This document shows, piece after piece, positions 63,577 through 64,000 of a stretch of 64,000 nt of DNA. The DNA comes from Scyliorhinus canicula (taxonomy: Eukaryota): positions 56,034,878 to 56,098,877 of the forward strand of contig NC_052163.1 in assembly GCF_902713615.1 (NCBI RefSeq), in the 5' to 3' direction. The position numbers were made by a program, and so were the translations under genes. The notes beneath the pieces were generated by a model. The model saw only the letters and a program-made list of their open reading frames with translations. It did no database searches and was not told the DNA's origin. Position 1 is the first letter of the stretch; each line of letters begins with the position of its first letter.

Positions 63577-64000
63577 TAAGTATAGGTAGCTCTCATTTAG
63601 GCCCAATTTCTGTCATCAGAACACGAGGAACTAAGTGGCCCTTTTGAAACAGACTAACAAAAAACAAAAACCTTCCATGAAATTTTAATAATCAATTTAA
63701 TTTAAAAAATGACATGCCCAGTAGTGATCCCAATCCATCTCAGTGTCCACTAGTCAGGGAAGGCCTCAAGAGTACTAAGAGTGTCTTTTTCCTCTCCAGA
63801 ATTACCAGTGTGTGGATGTAGACATGGAAAAGGCAGGATGTTGGGATAAGCGACCACCATGACCTATCAGTGGATGCCCACATGGCTAAACATAGGGGCA
63901 GTCTATAAGGAGGTCTCCCAATTTGCCTGCTCCCCTCCCCACCAGGTGGCCAAAAATCAGGAGTGCAAGTGGAAGTTGAGGGACAACCTTTTCAAATAAC

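Overview
Repeat-saturated vertebrate genomic DNA. The HE1-type V-SINEs, HER1/CR1 LINEs with a (TCTATGT)n tail and a SacSINE1-like DeuSINE point to an elasmobranch, probably a shark (inference). No host protein-coding gene could be established; only weak exon candidates were seen. The window is a deep nest of mobile elements: five Gypsy LTR retrotransposon bodies (one with Gmr1-type integrase-before-RT order), many solo LTRs with TSDs, two 5'-truncated L1s with long TSDs, several CR1 LINEs (one near full length), a Penelope-like element with a degenerate hammerhead, GC-rich PIF/Harbinger-type MITEs with 3-bp TSDs, and several SINE families. Three things stand out. (1) An AT-rich, nearly intact FLYWCH+MULE (Phantom-like Mutator) transposase gene with a 15-bp terminal repeat array sits in place of the gag C-terminus of a young Gypsy (35710-37504). 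(2) A hAT element with 8-bp TSD (6897-12513) keeps a CpG-rich end and a Kozak ATG/splice donor but carries non-transposase, Cys-rich cargo. (3) A SINE insertion carries, at its 5' junction, an exact 98-bp copy of DNA located about 550 bp away. All calls come from reading the sequence; no searches were run.
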